A stretch of 64,000 nt of DNA from Bdellovibrionota bacterium (GTDB taxonomy: Bacteria > Bdellovibrionota_C > UBA2361 > JAAYZI01), in assembly GCA_050950765.1 (NCBI GenBank), contig JBMNIF010000003.1, positions 544,001-608,000 of the forward strand, written 5' to 3'. A model generated the notes under the pieces. It had not been told where the DNA came from and ran no database searches. It saw only the letters and a list, made by a program, of their open reading frames with translations. The translations under genes were made by a program, and so were the position numbers. Numbering within the stretch: position 1 is the stretch's first letter; each line of letters opens with the position of its first letter. Below are positions 20,537 through 29,872 of the stretch, piece by piece.

Positions 20537-21151
20537 TTATAGCAACTTCTTTAAAGTTCTGTTGCTTTCAAGTTGAGGTCTAATATCTTTCAGGAGCTCT
20601 TCTGCATTCGGAGCTGCCACAAGAGCGGCTAGGCATCCTTGCACCTTTTTTGTACATCTAATCTCCTTTTTTAAAGCGCGGCACACTACATCTTTATAAA
20701 CTGCTAAGGCTGCATCGCAGTCTACTCCGAGGCACGTCAACGTATAGCCGATGGCAACACGAAAATCAGTTGCAAGCGGTTCTACATAATACTGTCTTCT
20801 TAAACACGGTATTCTTCCAGTTGTATCCAGCAGTTCAATCTGATCTAACAGCGCTCTCCTGACATTATCGGGGCAACTTCCCCCTTGTGATCGCATCTTT
20901 TCTCCTATCGTTTGCATTACCTGCAAAGCGGTTTTAACAACATCCATCGAATAAGCAAAAAGAGGGGGGATAGCAGCACTCAAAGCTTTTGGGTAATCAC
21001 TTTCATTTAAAAGATACTCCAACGCCTCAATTCTAAGATGAGGAGAGGTACGAGGTTTTAGGTCGTCAGCAACTGCTCCGAGTGCAAGACCTGGAAAGAG
21101 TGGAGTTGATGGAGGGTTTCCTTGTGATTGTTCTGTTCTGGGATTATTCAA
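20537..21151 (-). CDS. Hypothetical protein (possibly helical repeat)
   Basis: 204-aa ORF, TTG start behind GAGGGAG. Confidence 0.55.
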   Translation of the reverse strand: MNNPRTEQSQGNPPSTPLFPGLALGAVADDLKPRTSPHLRIEALEYLLNESDYPKALSAAIPPLFAYSMDVVKTALQVMQTIGEKMRSQGGSCPDNVRRALLDQIELLDTTGRIPCLRRQYYVEPLATDFRVAIGYTLTCLGVDCDAALAVYKDVVCRALKKEIRCTKKVQGCLAALVAAPNAEELLKDIRPQLESNRTLKKLL

Positions 21152-21339
21152 CGTAGCAACTCCCTCTTACTGCAAAAGATAAGCTTTAAGGTATGCTAAC
21201 CGATTTCAATACATAAAAGTAATATTTTTAGCATATTATAATAAATGATTAAAAATGTTGAAATATTTTTCATTTTTTAGTTAGATTACAACAACCTCAA
21301 CGGGTTCAGCGGTGTTTTTAGCGTTAATTTATTGGAATA

Positions 21340-22704
21340 GTGAAAATGGAAATGAACATTCTTAAAGAGCAAGATCCTGAGATTTATGCAATTATAAAAG
21401 GTGAGGAAGAGAGACAACAAAACAAGTTGTCGATGATCGCATCAGAGAACTTTACATCACCCGCTATTCGTCAAGCGTTGGGCTCCGTCCTCACTCATAA
21501 ATATTCAGAAGGATACTCAGGGGCTCGTTATTACGAAGGTAACGCTTTTATCGATCAACTTGAAGACCTCACCATTGAACGTGCTAAAAAAGCTTTTAAG
21601 TTACCAGAAGATTGGGGTGCTAACGTTCAGACGCTTTCCGGTAGTCCAGCTAACTTAGCCGTTATGTTAGGGCTTTTAGAGCCTGGTGACACTATCTTCG
21701 GTATGTACCTGTCGGACGGAGGTCACCTCTCTCACGGCTGGTCGTATGAGCCGAAGAGTACAAAAAATGACCCGAATGATATGTTATATACAGGGGGAAG
21801 TAGAAAGGTAAATGTTACTTCAAAGTTCTTCCGTGCCTTTCAATACAAAACAGACCCGAAGACGAAGCTTTTTGATTGGGATGCCGTAGAAAAGATGGCT
21901 TTGGAGATTAAGCCTAAATTAATCATCACTGGCGGCACCGCTTATCCGCGTGAGATAGATTATAAACGTGTAAAAGTTATCGCTGATAAGGTCGGAGCGT
22001 ATTACTTAGCAGACATTGCGCATGAAGCAGGATTGGTTGCTGCGGGAGTGAACGCTTCTCCCGTTGGAATTGCAGATGTTGTTACCTTTACAACGCACAA
22101 AACGTTACGTTGTAACCGTGGAGCTATTATCTTAGCCCGCCAAGATCTCCTAAAGAAGATCAATCGCGCTGTCTTTCCTGGATTACAAGGTGGACCTCAT
22201 AACCACAGCATGGCTGGTATCGCTGTCGGATTAAAAGAGACTATGACCCCACAATTCAAAGAGTATGCGGCTCAAGTTGTTAAGAATGCTCAAACGCTTG
22301 CTGCTGAATTGGAAAAACTGGGATTCTCTATCGTTTCTGGCGGTACTGACAAACACCTTGTTTTAATAGATTTAACAAACAAAGGTGTTTTCGGAAGAAA
22401 GTTTGCTCGTGCCTTAGATCATGCTGGTATAGTGGCAAATATGAATACAATGCCGCAAGAGACTCGTCCACCATCTGACCCTTCCGGACTTCGCATCGGC
22501 ACCGCTTGGGTAACCACACGTGGGATGAAGGAAGCTGAGATGAAAACTATCGCCGCTTTTTACAATAAAGTTATGGAGATCATTAAGCAGTGGAACGATC
22601 TTGAGTTTGAGGAGTTTGAAAAAGCAGTTAAAGGTAGTGCCGAGATCGCTGCTATTGCAGCAGATGTTAAAGCACTCTGTGCGAAGTTCCCGTTAAATAT
22701 ATAA
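21340..22704 (+). CDS. glyA: Serine hydroxymethyltransferase
   Basis: IASENF, KYSEGY..RYYEG, GGHLSHG, TTHKTLR (PLP Lys), PGLQGGP, SGGTDKHL, SGLRIGT. Confidence 0.96.
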   Translation: MKMEMNILKEQDPEIYAIIKGEEERQQNKLSMIASENFTSPAIRQALGSVLTHKYSEGYSGARYYEGNAFIDQLEDLTIERAKKAFKLPEDWGANVQTLSGSPANLAVMLGLLEPGDTIFGMYLSDGGHLSHGWSYEPKSTKNDPNDMLYTGGSRKVNVTSKFFRAFQYKTDPKTKLFDWDAVEKMALEIKPKLIITGGTAYPREIDYKRVKVIADKVGAYYLADIAHEAGLVAAGVNASPVGIADVVTFTTHKTLRCNRGAIILARQDLLKKINRAVFPGLQGGPHNHSMAGIAVGLKETMTPQFKEYAAQVVKNAQTLAAELEKLGFSIVSGGTDKHLVLIDLTNKGVFGRKFARALDHAGIVANMNTMPQETRPPSDPSGLRIGTAWVTTRGMKEAEMKTIAAFYNKVMEIIKQWNDLEFEEFEKAVKGSAEIAAIAADVKALCAKFPLNI

Positions 22705-22833
22705 GTTAGTTATATAATTACAGGATAGTTTTTTAAAAAAGAGGTGGGGGAAAGATATTTTAAATAAAGTTTCTCCTGCCTTTTTAGTTTGAGATATTCT
22801 TAAAAAGTTGTGCTATAAATCAAAATAAAATAT

Positions 22834-23021
22834 TGTCCTAAGTGACGTTCTTTTTAAATCAGGTACGGTAGATTTTTATTAGGCTTCGGTTTAAACAGTG
22901 CTTAAGTTTTTAGTGTTGTTTAAACCGGAAGCTTTAGAGAAAAATGTTTTTCTATTGAATAAGGTTCTATCGTTCGTTAACAAAGTTACAAATCCTCATT
23001 TGCCGTTTGACGGCTAGAAAA
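22834..23021 (+). repeat. Cassette leader, copy 1 (~190 bp)
   Basis: 22834-22934 is 99/101 identical to 23943-24043; 22992-23021 is identical to 24099-24128. Confidence 0.92.
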
Positions 23022-23039
23022 AAAATTGAGGTAAAAAAG

Positions 23040-23648
23040 ATGGACAACCACAAATCCCTTACTCCTCAAGACCTTTTAAGGGAACTTAAAAGTCTTGCAA
23101 TAGAGAAGGAATCGAACAATCGTACAATAATTAACGGTCATGACGATTGTTCGATACTTGACGCAGCAGAATTGGAGGGTGTTACTGCGATACCTGACGC
23201 AGCAGAATGCGAGGGTGTTACAACAGTCTACTCTTTTCAGGGAAAGGTACAACCTAGGCTTGTTGCTCTTTTAGGAAATCCTTGTAGAAAGTCTTATGAT
23301 GCCTTTCGAGATAAGCTTGCATGTCGCGACGGATTCCCTAAAGGTCTTTCGCCTGTGGACGTGTTGGCTTCGTCGCTCAGTTTCAACGAGGGCTTTCCAG
23401 CGCTCCGTAGAGCGATAGATGAAGCGATGGCGGAAGACTATTGTCTAAGGGAATCCTTCCCAATTCCAGCTCACCTTAAGATGCATGTCAACACAATCAC
23501 GGGGAAGATTAACGCTTCAAAAGATCTGGTGTCGAAAAATCTTCTGAAGATCATCCCTGCCAGTCAACTAGACGACTTCCTCTATGGCTGCTTCGTCAAT
23601 GTACGAAAAATATACGCCTACTTAAAACTCGGTCTCATATTCCCCTAG
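23040..23648 (+). CDS. Orphan hypothetical protein (cassette 1)
   Basis: ATG 23040 behind GAGGT; internal 12-aa tandem duplication. Confidence 0.65.
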   Translation: MDNHKSLTPQDLLRELKSLAIEKESNNRTIINGHDDCSILDAAELEGVTAIPDAAECEGVTTVYSFQGKVQPRLVALLGNPCRKSYDAFRDKLACRDGFPKGLSPVDVLASSLSFNEGFPALRRAIDEAMAEDYCLRESFPIPAHLKMHVNTITGKINASKDLVSKNLLKIIPASQLDDFLYGCFVNVRKIYAYLKLGLIFP

Positions 23649-23729
23649 CGTGGTTCTTTATGTTGGCTTCTCATGTAATGAATAGCAACTAGGAACCCCC
23701 TTGCGGAGCCGAACACTGCGAGTATAAAT

Positions 23730-23779
23730 CCGAGAGGTTTTTTAGATTAAGGTTTTACCTTCTTCGAAAAGCTTCTCGG
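23730..23779 (+). terminator. Downstream hairpin of cassette 1
   Basis: CCGAGAGGTTTT...TTCGAAAAGCTTCTCGG; similar to 24787-24832. Confidence 0.55.
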
Positions 23780-23813
23780 TTTCGCCTATTATCTAAAAAC
23801 ACTAATAAAAATC

Positions 23814-23852
23814 ATACCAATTCAGCAAATGTTGCTGATGCTTCTTTGGCTA
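23814..23852 (-). repeat. 39-bp duplicate of the ybaK 3' end
   Basis: ATACCAATTCAGCAAATGTTGCTGATGCTTCTTTGGCTA identical to 25194-25232. Confidence 0.93.
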
Positions 23853-23942
23853 AAGCTTTTAAAAAATCTTTCAATTAATTGGAACACTCTTTTGAGTTGC
23901 AATAAAAATCAACATAGAATAGCATCTAAAGCGTTTCTGATA

Positions 23943-24128
23943 TGTCCTAAGTGACGTTCTTTTTAAATCAGGTACGGTAGATTTTTATTGGGCTTCGGTT
24001 CAAACAGTGCTTAAGTTTTTAGTGTTGTTTAAACCGGAAGCTTAAAAGAAAGAAATTTCTTACTACGGTTTTATCGTTACTGTTAACGAAAACTATTGAT
24101 CCTCATTTGCCGTTTGACGGCTAGAAAA
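23943..24128 (+). repeat. Cassette leader, copy 2
   Basis: Matches 22834-23021. Confidence 0.92.
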
Positions 24129-24137
24129 GGAACCAGA

Positions 24138-24776
24138 GTGACAAGTGAACTTAACGCTCTCTCGGATCGTGAAGCTCGTTTGAAACTTTTGGAGGAGCGT
24201 CGGCACCAAGAAAAAAGGTTCCTTAGGAACCTTGACAATTGGTTCAAACGCATCGAACAGGGCAGGAAAAAGAACGCTAAACGCGCTCGGAGTAAGGGAA
24301 AGAACACTAAACATAAACCACTTGCTCTTTCGCAAAAGATGCAGGATAGGCTTGTTGAACTTCTCGAAGAACCTTCTAAAGGATGGTATACTGAAATTCG
24401 AAAGATCCTTGCCAATCCATCTCGTTTAGAGATTTTCGCCGCCGCACTCGATCCGAAAAAATTCCCAACGCTCTACGAAAAGATAAAAAAATCTTCTTTG
24501 TGGAACGCGAATTCGGGTGAATCAACTGAGGAGAATGGATTAAATTATCATAAAATCCATTCCTGCGTAATAAGTAACGCGGAGAGGTGGTCGAGACACC
24601 TTTTGGGGAGTATCCCTTCAGGTAAGCGATGCGATTTTATGTGCCTCCTTGTCGTAGAATGGAAACATTACTACCTAGACGTTCTATCTTCTCTCTTGCG
24701 GAAGTATGAAAACCCAAACACTAAAGCGTTAATCGAGCGTGCGCTTGCTAGAACTAGGAGCTCTTTACTGAGCTAA
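24138..24776 (+). CDS. Orphan basic hypothetical protein (cassette 2)
   Basis: GTG 24138 behind AAGGA right after the conserved leader; no evident similarity to the cassette 1 ORF. Confidence 0.6.
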   Translation: MTSELNALSDREARLKLLEERRHQEKRFLRNLDNWFKRIEQGRKKNAKRARSKGKNTKHKPLALSQKMQDRLVELLEEPSKGWYTEIRKILANPSRLEIFAAALDPKKFPTLYEKIKKSSLWNANSGESTEENGLNYHKIHSCVISNAERWSRHLLGSIPSGKRCDFMCLLVVEWKHYYLDVLSSLLRKYENPNTKALIERALARTRSSLLS

Positions 24777-24786
24777 GCAAATTGAG

Positions 24787-24832
24787 GATCGAGAAGGTTT
24801 TGTTGAGAAATGCTTTCGAAAGCTTCTCGGTC
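24787..24832 (+). terminator. Downstream hairpin of cassette 2
   Basis: GATCGAGAAGGTTTT...TTCGAAAGCTTCTCGGTC. Confidence 0.55.
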
Positions 24833-25191
24833 CCAGTTTAAAAAAAGCCTAATAAAGATCATATTTGCCTGTCTCTGATCAAACCAAAACTTTTCCCCTT
24901 TACGTATGTTAAGAGGTGATATCCTCCATTATTAAGACGTAACTCCTTTCTTTTATCTCGATATTTTTTTGCCCAATTAGGGAGATTTTTACTTTCTTTT
25001 TCATACCTAAATACGTATGCCAAAACAGCAGAACAGTTAACCCCTTTTATCACTAATTTTTAAAAGATCTCTATCAGTTATAACAATATTGCTATTTTAT
25101 AGTTACGTAAATTACAGAAAAGTTTTGTGCTAAAAGGAAGGCAAAAGCGAAGCTCTTCCTTAACTTCCTAACGGAGAAATCAAAACAAAGC

Positions 25192-25653
25192 CTATACCAA
25201 TTCAGCAAATGTTGCTGATGCTTCTTTGGCTAGATCTTTTGCTGCTATTCGGATCTGTAAGCCACGTTGTCCTGCACTAACAACGATCCACTCAAAATTA
25301 TTGGCGGTGTTATCAATAAAAACTGGTAGCCGTTTCTTACTACCCAGCGGAGAACAACCCCCTTTTAAATACCCCGTTAAACGTTGCATCTCACTAATAG
25401 CCGCTAAATCACACCTCTTACACCCCCAAACAGTAGCAACCTTTTTTAAGTTCAACTCATGCTCAGAAGAGAGGAGCGCCATCGCAAATTCTTTTTTATC
25501 ACTCTCCAAAACTAAAGTTTTAAAAACTTGCGCAGCAGGTATCTCCAACTTTTCAACAACTTCCTGCGCTGTAAAGTCAACCGCCTTAAAAGATAATACT
25601 TCAAAAGCACACTTGGCTTTAGTCAAAATCTCAATAGCTTGCGTCTGTTTCAT
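25192..25653 (-). CDS. ybaK: Cys-tRNA(Pro) deacylase, YbaK/EbsC family
   Basis: QVFKTLV, LNLKKVA, TGYLKGGCSPLG, VSAGQRGLQI. Confidence 0.92.
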   Translation of the reverse strand: MKQTQAIEILTKAKCAFEVLSFKAVDFTAQEVVEKLEIPAAQVFKTLVLESDKKEFAMALLSSEHELNLKKVATVWGCKRCDLAAISEMQRLTGYLKGGCSPLGSKKRLPVFIDNTANNFEWIVVSAGQRGLQIRIAAKDLAKEASATFAELV

Positions 25654-25677
25654 AACACTTACTAAAACAGGAAGAGT

Positions 25678-25770
25678 TTTTTCCCACCACTTCTAAACTC
25701 CTTCCTTATTAAAGAAATAACCTTTTCCTCACCACTTCCAAGCTCCCCCCTTATTAAAAAAATAACTTCT
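25678..25770. repeat. Two imperfect tandem copies of a ~46-bp unit
   Basis: CACCACTTCYAARCTCCYYCCTTATTAAARAAATAAC occurs twice. Confidence 0.75.
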
Positions 25771-25772
25771 TC

Positions 25773-25801
25773 AAAAAAGCCCCCACTAAATGGAGGCTTT
25801 T
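25773..25801 (-). terminator. Terminator after nfeD-slipin
   Basis: AAAAAAGCCCCCA-CTAAA-TGGAGGCTTTT. Confidence 0.6.
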
Positions 25802-25809
25802 ACTATTTT

Positions 25810-26568
25810 TTAGTTATTATTATTACCGTTACCACCAAAAGCTTTTAGGAACTCAAGTGGTATCGGGAAGAGGATGACAGAGTTCTGTTCAGTTGAAATC
25901 TGACGCAACGTCTCAAGATAACGTAGCTGTAATGTCAACGGCTCCTCTCCCATAATAGCGGCAGCATCTCGTAACTTTTCAGAAGCTTGGTACTCACCTT
26001 CTGATTGAATGATTTTGGAGCGTCTTTCACGTTCTGCTTCTGCCTGTTTTGCCATAGCACGTTGCATCTCTTGCGGCAGATCAATATGTTTCAACTCCAC
26101 TAAGGAGACCTTGATACCCCACGGATCTGTCTGATCATCAACGATCTTTTGAATGCGTAAATTAAGCTCTTCCCTCTTTGTAAGTAACTCATCCAATTCA
26201 GCTTCACCACAAACACTACGTAACGTTGTTTGCGCCAACTGACTTGTTGCATAGTGATAATCCATAACTTGTACAATAGCTTTATTAGCATCTACCACAC
26301 GATAATACAGAACAGCATTAACCTTAACAGAGACATTATCTCTCGTAATAACATCTTGAGGCGGCACATCCAGAGTTATGGTACGTTGATCAACTCTAAC
26401 CAATTTTTGAATCCCTGGAATAATAATACGGATACCCGCCTTTCTCGGTGTAGGTTCAAGCTTACCTAAAGTAAAAACTACCCCTCTCTCATACTCCTTC
26501 AATATGAAACAGGCACTTTTTAAAATAAAAGCGACACCGATAATTACTGCTGCCCATAACTCTATCAT
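25810..26568 (-). CDS. SPFH/band-7 stomatin-like (slipin) protein
   Basis: [53 protein letters not shown]. Confidence 0.95.
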   Translation of the reverse strand: MIELWAAVIIGVAFILKSACFILKEYERGVVFTLGKLEPTPRKAGIRIIIPGIQKLVRVDQRTITLDVPPQDVITRDNVSVKVNAVLYYRVVDANKAIVQVMDYHYATSQLAQTTLRSVCGEAELDELLTKREELNLRIQKIVDDQTDPWGIKVSLVELKHIDLPQEMQRAMAKQAEAERERRSKIIQSEGEYQASEKLRDAAAIMGEEPLTLQLRYLETLRQISTEQNSVILFPIPLEFLKAFGGNGNNNN

Positions 26569-26655
26569 CTTTCCCCTCCATATATTTAAAACTTAACTAC
26601 AACTGACGTTCTCTAGTAAAAGAAGAGCACTAACAGAACAAAAAAACTCTCCCTC

Positions 26656-28002
26656 TTAGATCTTCTCTACTTTTAATACGAGCCCATCTTGCACACCTAC
26701 AACTTTAATAAGATCATCTTTTGATATCTCGGCAGAAGACTCACTCTTCACACTATTCCAATACTCCCCGTTAACAAAGACTCTGCCATTAGTAGAAAAA
26801 TCAGTGACCGCTCTGCCCTTCAGCCCTAACATCTCCTCTTTCCCTGTTTGCCCTTTAGTGCCACTCACCTTTAAGAGCTCATAAACAACCCAAACTAACA
26901 AAAGGGTAGTTAAAAGAGCTAACACTATAACAAACCACGGTGTTACACCTATCCCTGGTGCCATAGATTCATCCACTAAATAGATAGCTCCAAATACCAT
27001 AGCGATCACTCCACCGATTCCCAATATTCCAGATGTCACATACGCTTCTGCACCAAGCAAGAGCCCGCCCACTATAATCAACAACACACCAGCACTACTA
27101 ACGGGGATAATTTGACTCACGCCTAATGCTAAAAAGAGACAAACGATTCCAACCACTCCTGGAAAAATCGCACCTGGATGATACAACTCAAGCGCTAAGC
27201 CTGTTGTTGCCGCAAACCATAATAACGCTAAAATGTTCGGATTCCCTAACGAGTTTAAGACCCGCTCTTTAAAAGATTCTGAATAGGTTACCCTCTTTAA
27301 TTTTGAGAAGTCACCCAAGATTACTTTTTTACCACCGACAACAACCTCTCGACCTTTTATCTTTAATAGAAGGTCATCAAGATCCGTTGCTATCAGGTCT
27401 ATCACTTTTAATTTTAAAGCCTCCGCTGGCGTAATAGAACTACTGTCTTTTATAGATTTCTCTGCCCACTCCGCATTTCGTCCGCGCTGATCTGCAATAG
27501 ACTTTACCATAGCAACTGTAATATTTTCCGTTTTTACACGGAGATCTCCGCCGATATCCTTACCATCTCCCTGCACGGGGTGTGCAGCGCCCATACTTGT
27601 CCCTGGTGCCATTGCTGCAACATGTGCAGCCAGTGTAATAAACGTTCCGGCTGATGCCGCCATAGCACCACTCGGTGCGACATAGACTACAACAGGCACA
27701 GGAGATTTAAAGATCGTTTGCACCATCTCCTGCGTTGTATTTAAAACACCACCTGGGGTATCAAGAACCACAACAACTACGGCGGCGTTATCCTTTGCAG
27801 CTTTTAAGATCCCCCTTTCTAAATACGCCTGAGTACCTGGAAGGATCATCATCTTCATCGGGAGAATAACTACACTCTGTTCTTCCGAAGCCGTCTCCTG
27901 TTGTATATCAGATTCAACAACACCTTGCGCTAACGCTAACGGTGTTACAAAGAAAGAGAAAAGGGCGACCCCCAAAAGGTATACCTGAATTATTTTTTTC
28001 AT
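26656..28002 (-). CDS. nfeD: NfeD-family membrane-bound serine protease (long form)
   Basis: LDTPGG, AASAGTFI, AMAPGTSMGAAHPV, C-terminal GRVFVNGEYW; paired with slipin. Confidence 0.92.
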   Translation of the reverse strand: MKKIIQVYLLGVALFSFFVTPLALAQGVVESDIQQETASEEQSVVILPMKMMILPGTQAYLERGILKAAKDNAAVVVVVLDTPGGVLNTTQEMVQTIFKSPVPVVVYVAPSGAMAASAGTFITLAAHVAAMAPGTSMGAAHPVQGDGKDIGGDLRVKTENITVAMVKSIADQRGRNAEWAEKSIKDSSSITPAEALKLKVIDLIATDLDDLLLKIKGREVVVGGKKVILGDFSKLKRVTYSESFKERVLNSLGNPNILALLWFAATTGLALELYHPGAIFPGVVGIVCLFLALGVSQIIPVSSAGVLLIIVGGLLLGAEAYVTSGILGIGGVIAMVFGAIYLVDESMAPGIGVTPWFVIVLALLTTLLLVWVVYELLKVSGTKGQTGKEEMLGLKGRAVTDFSTNGRVFVNGEYWNSVKSESSAEISKDDLIKVVGVQDGLVLKVEKI

Positions 28003-28006
28003 CCGA

Positions 28007-28561
28007 TTAATTCCAGTTAAGTTTAGCCATAACGGTTTTTAAATCATTCCAGAAAGCTCTCTTCATGTTTTTATCTGTAAGAGAGCTTTGCAAAGAAACA
28101 GTCGGCATAACGACCAAGTTCTGAATAGTGCTAAGCTCTCCACGCACTTTTTTTGAATTATCTAAAACGTTCCAGACCTCTTCTCCTAAAAGAATAATAA
28201 GGTGTACCTCATGCCTAGTAGCTATCTCCAGTACCGCTTCCCCGTTACTCTTCTGCTTTAGTGACACCTCCTTAAATAACGGAAGGATACCAACTTCATT
28301 TAAAGTTTTCTTCAAGCCTTTTTCAATCGCTGCAAATAGTAAAGCACCCTCTGGCGTTGCCGAAAAATCAGCATCACCTACTGACAAAGTAACAAACAAC
28401 ACCTCTACTTTATCACCCCCTATATAAGACGAGTTCTGACGGGAGCCTCTTATTTTCTTTTCAGCTACAAGTGGTGCCTGCTGTAACAACACCCCTGTCG
28501 GATAACAATCCTCAACGGCTTCAAGGTAACGTACTGCATCATCTAAAACATCTCTTTGCAT
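28007..28561 (-). CDS. Degenerate family-4 uracil-DNA-glycosylase-like protein
   Basis: VLFVT, IILLGEE, RG...VVMPT, KRAFWNDLK resemble UDG4, but GEAPG and the catalytic His are absent; follows coaBC. Confidence 0.6.
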   Translation of the reverse strand: MQRDVLDDAVRYLEAVEDCYPTGVLLQQAPLVAEKKIRGSRQNSSYIGGDKVEVLFVTLSVGDADFSATPEGALLFAAIEKGLKKTLNEVGILPLFKEVSLKQKSNGEAVLEIATRHEVHLIILLGEEVWNVLDNSKKVRGELSTIQNLVVMPTVSLQSSLTDKNMKRAFWNDLKTVMAKLNWN

Positions 28562-28585
28562 CCTTATTACCTTTGCAATTTTCTA

Positions 28586-29776
28586 TTATATTAAGCGCAA
28601 GGCTCTATCTAAGATCTGACTTGCAACCCTACTTCTATACGTTGTTGAGATCTGAGCATCTCGACCAGCGCGATCGATTAACCACAACTCATTACTTTCA
28701 AGATCAACAGGCTCTGCCGCAAACTTACCAACCAAAACATCCATAGAGGTATCATCTATTAAGTGACGTCCCTTAGAGAAAAGTTCTTCCGTCTCTCCAA
28801 CAGCCACAACGAAAGTTATCACTAGCGGCAACTTCTCCGAACCCCGTTTCTCTCCCAACTCTTTCAAAACATTAACAGGAGCTTCAAAAGAGAGCGTCTC
28901 TCCACTACCTGAAGCCCTAAACTGATTAGCCAACCCAGCTAAGATAATCATATCAGGGTTGGCAACGTTATCTTCCGAGATAGAGCCAACGATTGCATCT
29001 TTTAAAGCAGTATTAACAGAAGCTTCAATACACGAGATAGGTGTCGGCACTTTCGGACGTACACCACCGTGAATTAACGTTACAGCAGCACCCCTTCTAT
29101 ACGCTTCACGCGCGATCTCCACCCCCAACTTCGTTGATGAGATCTGAGTAGCATCACGCATGATATCCATAGAATCACGCGTCATGCCCGCTGTAATAAC
29201 GATCTTTCGTCCTTCAAGATCTTGTACAGAAAGCGCCTTGCGCACTGCATAAAAGATATCCCACGGTTCTGCCAAGCGTCCTTTACCCGTTGAGCCACAC
29301 GCTAATGCCCCCGCATTCGGTCCAATAAATGAAACCCCTTCGGTTTTCAAGGTTTCAATATTTGCTTGTGTGCGCCGATTTTCATACATATTAACGTTCA
29401 TCGCTGGAGCAATCACCAGTGGAGCTTTACTAGCGAGCACAGTAGCAGTTAACGGATTATCAGCCGCTCCCCTTGCTATCTTTGAAATAGTTTCAGCAGT
29501 GGCAGGTGCGATCACAATAGCATCAGCCCACTGTGCGTGTTTAATATGTTCAATATCGGAAGAGCCGTTCTCTTCCCAGAAACTCCTTAAAACAGGATGC
29601 CCTGACAACGCTTCTAACGTTGCTTTTCCGATAAATTTCTCCGCTGCTTCAGTCATCATAACCTTTACAGAGTACCCTCTTGAAACAAGAATTCTGACCA
29701 ACTCTGCACTCTTATAGGCAGCAATAGAGCCCGCTACTCCCAAAAGGACATTTCGTTTTTCAGTATTAATGGCCAT
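28586..29776 (-). CDS. coaBC: CoaBC with intact CoaC and eroded CoaB domain
   Basis: GSIAAYK, IEHI, APATA, PAMNVNMY, LACG intact; CoaB motifs altered. Confidence 0.85.
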   Translation of the reverse strand: MAINTEKRNVLLGVAGSIAAYKSAELVRILVSRGYSVKVMMTEAAEKFIGKATLEALSGHPVLRSFWEENGSSDIEHIKHAQWADAIVIAPATAETISKIARGAADNPLTATVLASKAPLVIAPAMNVNMYENRRTQANIETLKTEGVSFIGPNAGALACGSTGKGRLAEPWDIFYAVRKALSVQDLEGRKIVITAGMTRDSMDIMRDATQISSTKLGVEIAREAYRRGAAVTLIHGGVRPKVPTPISCIEASVNTALKDAIVGSISEDNVANPDMIILAGLANQFRASGSGETLSFEAPVNVLKELGEKRGSEKLPLVITFVVAVGETEELFSKGRHLIDDTSMDVLVGKFAAEPVDLESNELWLIDRAGRDAQISTTYRSRVASQILDRALRLI

Positions 29777-29872
29777 GATGCAAGATCCATAAAAAAACAA
29801 TGTTACATATATGCAATAAACCGTCTGCGCTTTCTTTCAAAAAAAAGCACCCAAATATCTTAACGATACTTC

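Noticed and set aside
22882..22934. Integron attC site in the cassette leader hairpin
   Set aside because: No properly placed RYYYAAC/GTTRRRY boxes, it lies well upstream of the ORF, and no intI is in the window.
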